A stretch of DNA of 64,000 nucleotides, taken from NCBI GenBank assembly GCA_030390025.1, contig CM059432.1, positions 113,524,001 to 113,588,000 of the forward strand. Direction: 5' to 3'. Below, piece by piece: positions 62,026 to 64,000 of this stretch; the stretch's first letter is position 1; each line of letters opens with the position of its first letter. The notes under the pieces are model-generated. The model was given only the letters and a program-made list of their open reading frames with translations, was not told the origin of the DNA and did not search any database. The stretch is from Squalus acanthias. Its lineage: Eukaryota. The position numbers were made by a program, and so were the translations under genes.

Positions 62026-64000
62026 ATGTTTTTTTTAACCCATATTTTTATTTTCCTGAACAGTTTGAACTTAAGCCCAAGAATGGCAGTCGGGCCAGAA
62101 TACTATTAAAAATATAGACTTACTCTTGCAAATGAATTTATTGGCACGCTTGTGGATTTAATCCTACCACTTTGTATTTTTAAACAGTTAATTTGAGCCT
62201 CAAGCAATCGCAGTGAGCTAAAACATCCAGTTTACATGTCCATCCTTGGGTGCACTGTTGCTGTTGAGCAATGAACACATGATTTACAACTGAAAATTAT
62301 CAAGAGTTATCAAACTGTGAATCCAACAATTTTCCAATGTTCCCCATTATGCTATTCACCCAGTTCTGGCCAAGAGTCTGGACAGAATTGATTGATAAGC
62401 TATTCCCAGGACTCTTATTGCTGTTCTGAATTTAGCTCCACAAATAGGTGCTGGAAGCAGTTGCGCATTTACCCTACCAAGGGCGGGACGCAAAGACTGT
62501 TCTCTGGGGACTGTGAGGAAACTTTTGAAGTTGTTCAAATATGAGTCAACATAGGTCAATCAAAATGTGTTTGTCTTACCAATGTTGCCATGAACGCATT
62601 GAATGGCGGTGCAGGCTCGAAGGACCGAATGGTCTACTCCTGCACCTATTTTCTATGTTTCTACATCCAGCAACTGTATATAAAAGTGCTTAGGAGGAGC
62701 CTGGAGTTTTTCTCTCCTTGGGAAAGTCTAGACTTCTGTTGACAGACCAGTCAAAATTGGACAGTCACAGTGCAGGGAATTGTAGGTGTTATTCTCTGTA
62801 GCATGTTGCACTGATGCACCTAATATTCAGTGCCTCTTCACTGGGTTTCTTTTCCACCGTGTTGTAGCCTGTACTTTGTAAGTATGGAATTACAAACCAT
62901 TGTCTGAGCATTCAATGTTCGATTGAAATGCTACACATCTACAGCCTTTATGCTAACTTTTTGTGATTGTACATAGCACAAGTCAGATTGGACTTGGAAT
63001 TTTCCAAAATGCAATTATTTTGAGGTGAGTTGATGAAATCAAGTTGACATGAGGGTGTGCTTTTATGGAAACAAAACCTCGGAGTGTTTTCAGTTGTCCA
63101 GTTCAGATTGGCTGCAGTGTAACATCTAAGCGGATTTGTTGCTGGATCAATGCTCGTAAGATGTCCCAGTCCTCCTGTTAATGTGATTAATATTTTATCT
63201 CATTTATACTGTACAAACCAATTTAAAAAGAACTGATTATTCACCTAGGCTGCTAGTACTCTGGAATCTCCAGATTGACATTGCACAATGGATTCAGAGC
63301 ACTGGTCTCTTGTGCAGTTGTTGCTCCTCTACCCCATATTCTAAGCATGCCTTTGTACCTGATTTGTGATTTCCTTCATAACAGAGTGAAAACCTTTATG
63401 TACACTAAGCTTGAATTTATACTCTCATGTAGTACAACGGGGTGTCTAGTCTGCAACCCCAGGCAATCCTGTCCTTAAAGCCCAGATCTTTTTGAGCTTA
63501 TATTTCTTTGTTGGTTTGCCCTGTTTGAAATTTGTCAGACTGAAGTTTTGTTTTTCGTACTATTGCATCATTGGTAGATACATTCTAAATCCGAACACCC
63601 AAGGATTATTAGTAGCAGCATGAGATATATGCAAATTAGCAGGAACATGAAGTTTAAACTTTATGGGGGTAGAGTTTCCGATTTGGGCACAATCGGCAAT
63701 CCGGGCGCAAATTGTGCTAGTATTGAGAAGTTTTTTCTCCCCATGTTTCCACTCAAACTCATTTGCATATCGCCGAACGTAAAATCTGCCATGAACCAGC
63801 GCAATCGGCCAGTGTTTTAGAATGTAATTTTTGTTACTATAAAAAAGTTGCTTGTTATATTTAAGAGTGGTAACCTGGTGCAGTTTTATTAAAACAGCTG
63901 AAAATGGATTTATCACAAAAAAGCATTTTTAATTAGAGTGTCTAGTGTGAGTAACCCGATTTTAAATAACTGAAAATTACTTTAAAAAAACTATACTGAG

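Overview
Eukaryotic (vertebrate) genomic DNA. The repeat complement (HE1-like V-SINEs, Deu-domain SINEs, abundant CR1 with SGNH-esterase ORF1, L2, Penelope-like elements) points to a cartilaginous fish, most likely a shark; this is an inference. The window holds one complete 7-exon LRP12 gene on the + strand (ATG 10315 to TAG 61303; spliced CDS 2610 nt, 869 aa), with a GC-rich promoter next to a 500-N assembly gap. The introns are filled with nested transposons. The most striking item is a ~5.5 kb decayed endogenous retrovirus-like element in intron 3 (- strand, ~21060-26600). It has gag (CCHC knuckle, PSAP), an in-frame TGA, then protease, YVDD RT and a partial integrase, and a large env. The env has its own splice acceptor, a signal peptide, a possible Ig-like segment, an RKRR furin site, a Cys-rich fusion-protein-like ectodomain and no gamma-type CX6CC/ISD. 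This architecture fits a lokiretrovirus-like lineage better than the usual ERV classes. Also present: minimal hammerhead ribozymes from Penelope-like elements (one intact on the pre-mRNA strand), a Penelope GIY-YIG insertion with a 13-bp TSD, a Harbinger derivative with TAA TSD, a hAT-type MITE, a 2.1-kb GC-rich 26-bp minisatellite, and a 25-bp repeat carrying HRE/E-box-like motifs just downstream of exon 1. All assignments come from reading the sequence by eye; no searches were run.
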